A stretch of 64,000 bases of DNA from Octopus sinensis (Eukaryota), in assembly GCF_006345805.1 (NCBI RefSeq), contig NC_043000.1, positions 35,340,001-35,404,000 on the forward strand. The letters run 5' to 3'. Shown here one piece after another: positions 12,880 through 25,155 of the stretch (position 1 is the stretch's first letter; each line of letters starts with the position of its first letter). The position numbers and the translations under genes are program-made. The notes beneath the pieces were generated by a model. The model did no database searches and had not been told where the DNA came from. It was given only the letters and a program-made list of their open reading frames with translations.

Positions 12880-13010
12880 GTATTAAATCATAAGACGAGG
12901 AATGTAGTCTACAACATAAAATGCTTAGAAGGTGATTGTGGGAACTAGAATATGGTATACATTTGGGAGACTTCTAGGAGTTCAGCCAAGAGGCTAATAA
13001 TGGTTGTCGA
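12880..13010 (+). pseudogene. Penelope-like GIY-YIG endonuclease remnant
   Basis: My translation KTRNVVYNIKCLEGDCGN*NMVYIWETSRSSAKRL aligns with RTRNVV...YIGETSRSIAERL of the element at about 50.0 kb. Confidence 0.65.
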
Positions 13011-14049
13011 TGCTCTACTAACATACCAAAGATCGATATTGAAATCTTATTTGTATTGAAATCTTATCTAAACATGTGAGAGATTTATTATGACAGATAA
13101 GAGAGTTTGATCTCAGAAATGAGCCAATGCCAATAGAAAATATGCATGGTGAATAATAGAACCCCTAATATCTCTGCCACCACCCATGTAACACATATAG
13201 GTGTTACATGAAGGGCATGTGTGGGTATAGGTAGGTAGGTATATACAGGGTAGTATTAGAATGACAGCAGGATATACAGAAATCCTGAAAAATAAATACA
13301 TGTAATTATGAACAATTCCAGTATACAACATTAACAACACACAGACATGCACATACACACACAAAAATGCATTCACACAATCTATTAAAAAAATATCAAG
13401 CGCTTACATCACACATACACACTCAAAAGTATACATAGATGCTTTCTTATTAAAAAAAAGACAACTCGGTACACTACACACATACATCTGTGTACACACA
13501 CACACACAGAGAGAGAGAGGCAGGCAGGCATAATAAGATTAGTTCTCAGAGTCAAAAAGGTCTTGAAGAGTGAACTCTGAAAGAGAAAATATTCAATCAA
13601 CGCATTAAACAAACAAGTGAATTGTTTGTTGGTATAATAACGAAGTGGTATTGAACCAGTGCGTGTGTTTATTTCTATTGGCATAAATGACCCTCCTGTG
13701 GCACAAGATTTGATTCAACTCATGAATTCATGTCAAAATGTTACAAACTAAATACAAAAACAAAATATATTTGTGTTTTATATAAGTTACATATGTAGCA
13801 TTATACATACATCATTTGTTATATGTTACATTATACATACATGTATGTGTGTGTATGTATGTATATATAATGCAAGACAATCCTAATGTTATTGTAAATG
13901 AATTCATTGTTTGAATCAGAAATATATACTTTGTTTAAAAATGATACATGTGTACTGAGTTGTTGCTGAATGGGTATACAGAAAGAAAATTAATTAACTT
14001 ATGTGCTATCAATTAATCGGTGTTTAATTGCTGTTTCTATTTATTTCAG

Positions 14050-14629
14050 TGAAGAGGAATTGTTGTTGAGCATCAAGCAGGAACCTCCGTGTGAGATTGA
14101 AAGTAATGGCATGAATCATTCCTCATCGTTATTACGCCCCTCAGAACTGGCCATGTTGAGTTCACCAGATCCAGGTTTAATGTCGTCTTCAGAGACAGCC
14201 ACAATGGTTGGAGGGGCATTAAAGAGCTCACTTATGGTTGGCGGAGCGTCTAAAAGCTCAGTAATGTGTAACCATGCTAGCGATCACTCTGATATGTCCC
14301 CATCAATTATGTGTCCAACCTCAAACCCTTCACTTTTGTGTTCAACTGCTGACGGGCCATCAAGTATGTGCTCGGTATCGAGTGAAACTGCTGCGATGAG
14401 TCAGGCCTCTGATCCATGCCCATCACCTACAGACAGCGTAGCAACCACTGAAGCTAAGGATAGTGCCATTGATTTCTCAATGGTTGATGAAGCACCACCA
14501 CCACCACCACCAACATCATCATCACCACCGCCACCATCACCAGTCTCTGCATCTGATAGACTAGAATCTAATGTACGAAATCCTTCATCTTCTGCTAGTC
14601 ATTTGGCTTCACATTCCCCAGATGCATAA
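14050..14629 (+). CDS. Terminal coding exon: Ser/Pro-rich low-complexity C-terminus of a probable transcriptional regulator
   Basis: tttatttcag acceptor; AG+T forms Ser, then EEELLLSIKQEPPCEIES...SPDA* in frame with ORF 14003..14629. IKQEP fits the psiKxE SUMO consensus. No gene family recognised. Confidence 0.8.
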
Positions 14630-14711
14630 CTGGTACTTAGTTCAGATGACAATCATTCATAATTTCTGGAAACAAAGCAAGACTAGTGATAACAACAACG
14701 ATGCCAAAACA

Positions 14712-14747
<36 letters not shown>

Positions 14748-16801
14748 CATGACAATAATAAAAATAGTATCGGTGTAAATTGTTAACAAAGACGATGCTG
14801 GTAACAACTGTTATTGTTGTAATTATAAATATCATTATTATTATTATTACCACTACCACTGCTAATTAGTACTACAACTACTACTGGTGTCATCATTAAG
14901 ACTACAAAAAAAATGTAAAAATTGTTCAATGATGTCACACATCGAAGTAAAAACAAACAAAAAAAAACATTAACAACATAGAATTTTAAAAAAAGAAAAG
15001 CCTTCATTAGAATCATTAATTAGTTGTACCCGTCTGAGAGACTAAAGGGTTAAACTCATTAATTATGGTAAATGCAGTTCCAAATATCTTTTTAAGACTA
15101 ACATTTCTCCCTTTGGAATAAAACAGCAAAAAATAAAAAGGAACAAACCGTCATGATGATGATGATAGCTAAAGGGAGGAAATAAATATTGGGCAAAAAA
15201 GACAAAAAATTATAAACTTTTAAAATGTCATAATGATAATAATAATAATAATAAACCAAAAATGAAAGGACAAAAACATTCAGGAAATAGAAAGAGGGAA
15301 TGAGAAAGACAGAGAATGTGTGTGTCTGTGAGAGAGAATGAATGTGTGTGTGAGAGAGAGAGAGAGAGTGCGAGAGAGATGGTAAATAACCGGAAGGGAG
15401 AAAGATTTTAAATAAAGAATTTATTGTGGATTTGAAGAGATTTCTAAATTGGTTTTCAAAAACAAGAAACAAATGAATCAGTGTTGCCTCCACCTATGTG
15501 TTTTTTTTTTTTTTTAGTTTGTTAATTAATGGTTTTGGTAAAACTGGTTTAATTAAATGTGTGATGAAGGAAAGAAAAGAAAACAATTGATGTAAAGAAA
15601 TCAGGTACATGTTAGGGTTGTGGAAGTGAGAGAGAGAAAAAAATATTTTTAAACAGATTTGTGTGTTTTAGGTGAAGATGTGTGGTTTTCAGGAAAACAA
15701 CTCAAAGGATATTATGTGTGTGTGTGTGTGTTGGACAATCGTCCCGAATTGGTTACCTCACCCTTTCTATAATTACTACTACAACTATTAGTACTATTAC
15801 CATTGTTAGTAGTGGTAGTAGTAGTAGGACTGTTGCTGCTGCACTCACACTCAAACAAGCAAACAAAACAAAACAAAAAAAAATGAGAAGAGTATTATTT
15901 TGTTGTATATAAAATGTTTTCTGTCAGTTCCCAAAGATGGAGCAACATTGAATTTTCATTTTGCAGGTTTTTAAAATGAAAGAAATTAAAACAACCCCAA
16001 ATATGGATAACACAAAGAGCAAAGAGAAAGAAATTTTTTTTTTTTTTTTTTTTTCCTTTAGGAAAAAATTATTTTGGGAAAAAAATAATCATTTTACTTT
16101 TCGTCAATGTTTTCTTCCTCATTTACCATCCAGTAGAATTATCATTCCCCACTTGGTTTATTTCTTCAATTTCCCTGCCATCATCCTTACCATTTCTTCA
16201 TCATTTCATTTCATTTCCCAGTTATTTTGTCTTCTGTGTACTTCAATTTTACACGAAATAACTGACTAGATAAAGTAACTGGTGTCCCTTTTTGATGGTG
16301 GGAGTCATGTCATGCAGTCATTTTGTTGAGAGTGCGGGTAAGACACTTTATTCTATGTGGACAGCAAATGGAAGCACCAGAGTCCAGGTTTCTGAGATGA
16401 CAATGCCGAGAGGGATAAACTTCAACTCCAAGTTGTTAATATTTGTCTTCATAGAAACTCATCTCAATTTGCAAGCTCTCCTTCATTCTCTGTGCCTCAA
16501 TTCACCTATATGTTGGGAGGGAACATGCAATACACTTTTCACTGGGAAATACTATCTGCAAAGGACTAGTGTCTTATCCAGGGGTTTATCGGTTATCTAA
16601 GTCAACATTATTGATATCATTATCAATCATCTTCCAGCTTGTCAGTTCCATCTAATTCTTCATTATTTATCACACATCCCCCTCCTCTTTACCTTAAGTT
16701 ATTTATATTTTATAATCTCTTCTGAAACTATTACAATACCTGATCAAAGACGTCCAGCAGAGTTTCAAGAGATTTTACTAATCAATAGACAAATTCATCC
16801 A

Positions 16802-16834
<33 letters not shown>

Positions 16835-16978
16835 ACAGGTATTTATGTGTAAAAATGTATTCATAAAAATTTTTTCATTTAACAAGTGAAAATGGGTCAA
16901 AATAAAGTAGATTAATTTAATACATACATAATTATGATGTATGCATATCCATTCAAGTGTGTGTCTGGTGTGCATATT

Positions 16979-17027
<49 letters not shown>

Positions 17028-17830
17028 TATATATACACACACACACACAGGTAGTCTGATGCATGGAAATGTGGACATTAAAATGTGTGTGTGTGCGTGC
17101 ATGTATGTATTTGTCTTCTGTCATTTTCTGTTCTGTTTCATTCTTCTCTGTAAGTGTTCACCGTTTGGTGTTTCAGTGTCCCATTTACTGGAGTTCTGTT
17201 ACAGATTTCCAGCCCCATGGTAAAGTAGTTGTGGGCAAGGTGAGAAAAAGCCCCCTGTAGTCAGTTCCAAGTGTTATAAGTAGTTTAAACTACTGTGATG
17301 TTGTTGACTACTGCAGTTGTCTGCATTAGAACTCTGCACTCCAGTAGCAATAAAAATACAGGTGATTTTTTTTTTCTCATGAGAGTTAGAAAATTGGACA
17401 GGTGTAAGATATACAAAAAAATATAAAAAATATGAAAAAAAAAAGGAAAAGGAACAGCATGTGAAGATAATAAAAGTTGTGATGAAAATACAGATAACAA
17501 CAATATTGTACAAATGTGTTTATTTTGTGTTGCCATCCATTGATGTGGTATTGTCTTTATCAAAGAGTGATAATGCTTCAGAACTGAGGTTGTACTATCT
17601 GACATCCTACTGCCCTCTCTCTCTTTCTCAGTAGTTATATAATCTAAAATTTTTGGTTTCTCTTGGAGCAAGTGTCGTAATTGTAAGAACTAATGTGAAG
17701 TTGTGATGGTCATTGTTTAGTATTTGCTTTCAATTTCACTTCCCACTACACCAAACACTTGGGCAGTTTCGATAGGAATGAGAGTATAATAGACAAAACA
17801 TGCACACTTATTTCATCTGCTTTCAAAAAA
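14630..17830 (+). other. Putative long 3' UTR of host gene (end not determinable)
   Basis: Follows the stop codon. AT-rich with (AAT)n, poly-T, (GA)n and several AATAAA (e.g. 15117). No TE-derived sequence recognised until about 18.7 kb. Confidence 0.35.
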
Positions 17831-18779
17831 TAAATATCAGTGAGGACGCCCAATGTTGGAGAAGCAAAAATATATATATAATTAAATAATTACAAAATGG
17901 TGCCCCATGTAATCTGTTTCTATCTAGAAATTAAAATAGGAACCTTCCACCCCCTCCAAAATCCCTAATATACTGAATATAATGAAACTAATTAAAAATT
18001 TATAATACCATCTCACAGCACAGAAAGCCAACAAGGATTTTGGTAAAGAGAAATTTCTGAAATTGCTACTGTATCATCTGCTGAAGAAATTTCTTAAACA
18101 AAAAATTCAAACAATAGAAAAGATTTTGAAGTTATCAATCAGTAAATAATACCTAAAGTGAGGATGGATTTATCTATTTCCATATGAGCAATGCAAATGA
18201 AAAGTCTTGCGAAATATAAGACGATGTCAAATGAAAAAGGAAGAGATGAGATATTGTATTACTTCACAGAGGTTGTGCATTGATTCTATAAAATTTCAGA
18301 AAACATTGCTTTTCAAATATTTTCTTATATTTGAAAAGCAGAAGCTTTCCTGAAATATTATAGGATCATTAAACAACCCCCATAAAGCAATCCAATATCT
18401 TTTCACCGATCGCTTTTTTTTTTCTCTCGGTACATGCTAGAATTGCTCAGTGATTTTGCGGCCCTTCTCCATTACTTGTGTAAGCTGTTTGGAGGCATTT
18501 TCCTATTGGTCTACAATTATTCTGTGGCTTGTGCATATTTTGTTATCTTACTAATTGTTGAAATGTTAAGTTACTTTTAAGATTTCATATGTAAGAATCA
18601 CGTTCAGTGGAAATTTTCGTTCCTTAATATTAGCTTAATTGGAGAGACAGTGTAGACCTCGTCTTTTTAATTGCAAATGATTCTCAAATGAGATTGGCCA
18701 GTGAAGAACCGACTTTCGAAGCCCTTTTGCAGATGACGAACGACAGCAACCTTGTCTTTAGAGATATTGACTCTAACTG

Positions 18780-20910
18780 CCATGATGGGCAGCAAATCAA
18801 TTGATTTCACAGTTTACATGGAGACTATAGCTTTGGTTCTAGAAACGAGGAGGGAACAAGATTCATGGAGTTCTGTGATACAACTGATCTTAGCACACTA
18901 AGTTCGATTCTCACCAGAAAACGAGATCTGCAGACGCTTGTGAATACAAATTCCTCCGGTGAGGAATGTATAACTCAACATAGGTTAGTGGCATCAGACT
19001 TAAGAAACTCAGGGACAAAACATTATGGAAAAAAAGTTATGGAAGTTTAAAAATTAAGTCAATAGTTGGAAATTTAGAAAAATACAAGTTGAAGCACTTG
19101 GTGACACAAAAAGAGATTGACATTCATAAAAGAAAAGAACTGGAAGTTACTACTGAGATCGATGGGCCAAATCTGTGGCCAGTGCAAAGTTCCAGCCAGA
19201 CCAAGGATGAAACGGTGGTAAGGCAGTGAAGAAGAGAGAGCCATAAAAACGAAGAGACCGGTTTGGAAAAATGGATGCAGCAGAAAGAGGCGTGTCACTG
19301 TTCTGGGTTGGAATGATTCAAGAAAGAAAAGGGCATGGAAGTATAACTACAAGAAAAGGCTTTTAAATATGGAGAATGCATGGGAGAAGGAGAGCCATCC
19401 TCATGTGGACCTAAGAGAGGGGCCAGTCGTCCTATTCAACAACTATAATAGATAAGGCAATTAAGGATTAAAAGGCAGGAACAGCTCTTGGTTCATCGAG
19501 AATGCTGAGATGCTTAAAATATCTGGCGGAGTAGGATATGGTCTAGTCATCTGTATATTTAATCAGGTTATTGAGGAAGATGTAATCGGCATTGAGTGGT
19601 GTAGCAGCATTATAGTCAGCTGTTACAAGAGTAAAGGAGATGCCTAAGATAGAATCCAAGAGGTATCAAATTGCTGGACCATGTCATGAAAGTTGCGGAG
19701 AAAGTTAAAAGCGCAATAAATTACAAACAGAATCAGAGAAGACGAGAAACAGTTTGCTTTTGCGCCAAAGAGAACTACTAATGATGCTCTCTTTGTAAGA
19801 AGTAAACTGAAACAATATTCAACCAAAAGTCAGTCGATTTACTTGACATTTGCTGACTTGGAGAAAGCCTTCAATAGGTGACCTTGTCCTGTGATTTGGT
19901 GAGCGAGAAGCTTGTAAAAGCTATACAGGAGTGCTGCTGTCTGTAAGGTTAGCAACAAGTACAGTAACGAATTAGTGTAAGGGAAGTTCTCTAAGGCTCA
20001 GGTCTTTATCCCCCTCCTATTCATCATTGTCCTCTGACTCATAACAGGAATTTGAGACCGGTTACTGTTGGGAACGATTAATATGTTGATGACTTCGTGC
20101 TTTTATCAAATTCTACATTAGAATTAGAAAAGAAATTTTGTGTGGAAGTAAAACCTGGAATCATGAGTGTTAAAGTTAGTTTATCAAAGGCCAAAGTTCT
20201 TGTAAGCAAGAAAACGGACAAACCAGGAAATGGCTCTCTGCTCGCTGTGTAGGAAATGTGCATGCAGAAATTCTGTATGGTGTCTCCAGTACAAGCTACA
20301 GACATAAGAGATGCCGTTGGATAACAGAAGGGTTGATAGAGGAAGAAGGTTTTGTGATAGTTGCAATAAACCCCAAGGACACACGAAAATTCATTTTTCT
20401 CGAATGTCCAGGAGGTTCATTGGAGGTAATAGTCTATGTTGCCTAGGTGATCTAATTAGAAGAAGAGGAAGATGTTCTGAAAGTTTAGCTACAATACGAA
20501 CAGGTTGGAGAAAGTTCTAGAGAGTTATTACATTTAATGGTAACAGGTTTCTGTTAGAGTGAAAAGGCAGATTGTATGGTGCCTGTGTATGAGCAGAAAT
20601 GCTACGTAATGATGAAACATGGGTCCTGAATGCAGAGGACATACGAAAACTAGAAGAGAATGACGGTAATACGCTCCACTGGGTTTGTCATGTCAGTGTG
20701 CATGTACGACAAAGTGCAAATGGGTTGAGAAAAGAATTGGGTTTAAGTGGACTCAAATGGGGCAGAATTTGTGAAAGAGAGAAGAAAGAAGACATAGGAC
20801 GAAGTAATGAAGTGGATCTTATAAAGTGGCGCCTCAAAAGGGACGATGACAACGAATCGAGATGACGGGCAATCCGTCGTATCACAAAAGACCCCTCCGT
20901 CTCGGAGAAA
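18780..20910 (+). mobile_element. Highly degraded RTE-clade LINE
   Basis: Fragments read FGSRNEEGTRFMEFC (endonuclease), FADLEKAFNR and YVDD (RT), WRKF and ETWVLNAEDIRKLE (RTE C-terminal signature). Many stops and frameshifts. Confidence 0.8.
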
Positions 20911-21697
20911 GTCTTAAAGACATTGTTTTTCTGTACATTCACTGGGCCCTGCTAATGCACACATCTGTCTCTATTTCTTATCTTTCTAACACCTATCCCT
21001 CTTCGAACTATGGCACAGCTCAATAGCGTAGATATTTCCATTTGTGCAGCTAGTTACTCCCCTCCCTTCTCCCTTAAATAATAAGAAACAACTCGGCCGA
21101 TATCATCCCAGTATGGTTCAACGTTGCCCGATTTAAGACGGGAAAACTGAATAGCATCTAACTTATTTAAGTTATAACTCGTGTATTTATGTAGTTCTCT
21201 TTCGTTTATAAACAAAACGCGCACTAATATATATATATATATATATAGATAGACAGATAGATATAGACAGATAGATATAGATATATATATATATATATAG
21301 ATAGATATATATATATAGATACATATAGATATAGATATGTATAGGTATAGATATATAGATATGTTTCTTTATTGGCCACACAGGTCTGCACACAGATGGG
21401 ACAAATTACAAGGTAGAGCTTTTCTTTTGGGGGATGAAAAAAAAAAGTGGCGTAGGTTTTCGATCAAAAGGGATCGTAAAAGGGAAAAAAAGAAAGAAAA
21501 GGAAAAAGAAGAAAAAAGGGGAAGAGGAAAAAAAACGATCAATATGGATCGTGTATCACAGTGTCATGATGTACGGTGTAAAGTTTATCCGTGGGAAGAA
21601 AAGCCTACGAAAAAGACCACGGTAACCTCGGTCAATATTGTTATATGTTACCACATTTGTTTGCAAGTGGGTAACCCTCTGCTTTCAATTTCTGGGT

Positions 21698-24600
21698 TCA
21701 TTGGATTATGGTCAAGGTGGCTTCGTCATTCATACGTGCCATTCTTGCTACATTCATCCATCTTTTTTTAAAACATTCGCTAGACAAAACTTGCCTCTCT
21801 ACTCTCACTTTCCTTTTCAAGTGATACTTGAAGAAGTTGATGAGAGATTGACCAGAGAGAAAAGTGTTTGTCTCCAATCCTTTCAGACGCGTCCACCAGA
21901 TATATTCTTTCGCCATAGCCACAAGGATGATGAAAATAGCTCTTCCTCCCCGTTTGAGGGAAGGAGGCGTGACAATATTGACTCAGCTGATAAACCGACT
22001 CGTCCCACACGCGACAGCAGTTGTTCGACATAAGCCCACAGGTTGGAAATTGTTGGAGACTGCACGAGTGCGTGCAGAACGGTTCCGTCGCTCTGACCGC
22101 ATCTCGGGCAGGTCAGCCCCGTGTTTCTTGAGCCGTGTCTGTAGAGCTTAACCCGAACGGTTAGCGCTTCTCGGTAGCACTGCAGGCCAGGGATCTCTGG
22201 AAGTTGTCCATGGGCCTTGGCCCGAAAGTCGTCCCGAACAGGCGGGTCAGGTATTCCTCGTCGACGTCCAGGTTCGCCCCGAGCTCGTCGTCGTACCTCC
22301 CCTCCACTAATCCCCTATAGATTGCTTGGGTTGTGATGGAGTCACTCAAGGTCGATCCGGGACGGCAGAATTGCTTGAGAGCAACGCGACACTCGCGGTG
22401 CCACCGCCCTTCCTCGGCCTCTTTTTTTTATCCACGACTGCAGTTCGGTCATGGAGACGAGCTGCGGGAAAGCGTGCCTCACAAACGGCGACCACACCTG
22501 TTCACCGTCGTCTACGAAGAGCCTGAGATGTCGCAGTCTCAGTGCGTGTCTGCGCATCATCAACCACGGCATGCCCAGTCCTTCTTTTAACGGGTGTTGA
22601 CAGCAAATGGATCGCCTGACCATCGGGACGCATCCTTTCCTCAAGAAGCGAAAGAGAATGCGTTCTAGTTTGGTGATGGTAGGGACGGGACAAGGCACGT
22701 CGGTCAGGCAGTAGTAGATGACGGACGCGATGTACGTGTTCGCCACCTCGGCCCGACCTTTTGGGGACAGTTTCCTCTCGGCCCATTTCCGGGCGAGAGT
22801 GACCACCCTTCTCGTTATCTCGTTCCAGTTCTTCTCCATTTGGAGGTCCGCGAGCAACTCGACCGGACCGTCGGTCCAGCGTCCCACGACGGAGGCGCTG
22901 GTGGACGGCATGGGCTTGCTTCTCCAAGTGCCTAGTCGCAAGCCCACTGACTTTTCCCGGTTGATTTTCGCTCCTGTCACCGCTTCGTAGTATTTCAGTG
23001 TCTCGCCGACCAGCTCGATGTGCTCGTGGCTAGACACTATGATGGTGACGACGTCCGCGTATGCAGACACGCTCGTCCCGCATTCCAGTTCTCGCGGGAT
23101 GCCCCTCAGAGTTGCCAGCTTCCACAATAATGGCTCGAGAGTCAATACGTATAGAAGCGACGAGAGGGGGCATCCCTGACGGACCGAACGTGCGATGTCG
23201 AAAGGTCTCGATAGAAGTCCATTTACACGAATTACCGAACGGATGCCTCTGTACAAAGCGGCTATACAGCCGCGGAAGACGGGACCGAAGCCAGCCGCTC
23301 TGAGGACAGCCTCCAAGTATCGATGGTCTACCCTATCGAAAGCTTTCGATTGATCCAAATTGATCAGCGCCCCATCCATGCCAGGTGCGTTAACTACCCT
23401 GTCTATGATGTAGCGCATCAGGTGGAGGTTGTCATAGATGGTCCGGCCCGGCACGGCGCATGTTTGCGCCTTGTCGATCAGTTTCTCGATGACAAGCGCC
23501 AACCTCTTGGCTAACACCTTGGCCAAAATTTTCAAGTCTGCATTAAGCAGTGATGGGCCTAAAGTTATCTATTATATTTCCCTTGTTTAGATCTTTCTTC
23601 GGCAGTGTTACGGCTCCTCGGCTCACAAAACCAGGAATGCTCCCGTTTTGCTGCCAGTTGCAGTACACCGCTGTCAAGACGTCTCCAAACAAGTCTGGCA
23701 TACAACTGTAAAGCTCGTAGGGTAGACCATCCAAACCCGGCGATTTGTCCCTCGAGCATTCTGCCATCGCGTCCTGCACTTCCACCGCCGTGATGGCACC
23801 TTCGCAGCGCCCTGCCTCTCTTGTTGAGAGTCGTGGTAGGCTGTGTAGGTAGGCACTGAAGTCCACCCTACGTTCTTGCCCGCCACTCGTCCCGAACAGT
23901 CGGGCAAAATGCTGTTGAAAGGCCTCACACATTTTACTTGGCTCGAGGAATTGCGCCCCTGTTCATCTATCAGAGACCGAATGGTGGCTTTGTTGCCCTA
24001 TTGCGCCTCTGCCACCCGGGCCTCTCTCGCGGCTCCCACACCTTCGTTCCTTAGAGCACGCATCCAAGCTCTGACAGCACACCCTTCGTGTTTGGCGTTG
24101 AAGTGTTGGTCGAGGGCCAACCTCGCCGCCAAAACGTCGGATGCGATGCCGCTTCTAATTGCCTCTTCTAGCTTCTTAACTAGCTCACCCTCTACTCTAT
24201 TTCTATCTATGGCTAGTGCTTTGCTGTACCTAATTGCTTCTGCTTTTACTGCTCTCTTGAGGGCAAACCACCATTTGTTTTTGATGATGGCTCCCGTCAA
24301 AGCCCTCTTTACTAGTGTGCTAATCCGGTCTCTGAAAACCTGTCTCGATGGGAAAGACGCGTTTAGTTTCCAGTATCCGGGACCCTGCCTAAGTGTCTTA
24401 CCTAAGTCTAGCGTACATGTCACAAGTTTGTGATCCGTGTAGCTGACTATGTGGAATTGTGGACATTCTATGCTATCTCTATCTACTGCCCTACACAGTG
24501 TCCTATCTAGATACGATCTCGACGACCCGATGCGGTTGGTCCACGTCCACGTTGGCGCATTCGAGTGGTCTAGTCGGAACCTATCAGACACTTGAAAGCG

Positions 24601-25111
24601 TCTGAGCAGGTCTCTGAGGCATTTGCATCCCCGTCTATTCCTATCTCTGCCCACGTAGTCTACATGCGTGTCCAAGGTAGCATTCCAATTCCCCACTAAG
24701 AGTAAAGGACGAGACGTTCCCAAGAATACTTCTAGACGTTGAAAGAAATCCGCCCGAGATGTTAAGGGCGGTGCGTAAACTGATACGAGTCGAAAAGCGC
24801 ACCCATTGCTGCCGTCGACATCCAGAACGACCAGTCTACCCTCCGAGTCTATGAATATTGTCTTTACTTTGAGATCCAGACTCTCGCGAAAAAGTACCGC
24901 GGTGCCACGACCGCCCATTCTTGGCAGACAGGGGGGGAAAACAAATGCTGTGCTGTCCGCCAAACATGGTCTTTAGGGCCCGCGGATTGTGGAGTCTGGT
25001 CTCACTTATGGCTATGATTTCTAACTTGTGTGACTTTATGTCATTTAAGAGGTACCCTTGTTTCCAAGGGGTCCCCAAGCCACGCACATTTACACAACCA
25101 ATCTTGATCAT
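21698..25111 (-). pseudogene. ORF2 (APE endonuclease + reverse transcriptase + C-terminal CCHC), frameshifted
   Basis: MIKIGCVNVRGL, LLVGNWN, SYLDR and YTDH (APE). KSPGLDGLPYELY, NFRPIT, PGRTIYDN, LDQSKAFDRVDH, RQGCPLS and AYAD (RT). CPRCGQSDGTVLH near the C-terminus. Split over ORFs 24836-25111, 23998-24963, 23543-23932, 22342-23535 and smaller pieces. Confidence 0.9.
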
Positions 25112-25155
25112 AATCCTAATGAATTAGAATACAAGTGAAAGGAACAGAGGGTTAC

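Noticed and set aside
14003-14049. ORF-track start for the 208-aa ORF
   Set aside because: Lies upstream of a good splice acceptor. The phase match with exon 10538-10671 indicates intronic read-through.
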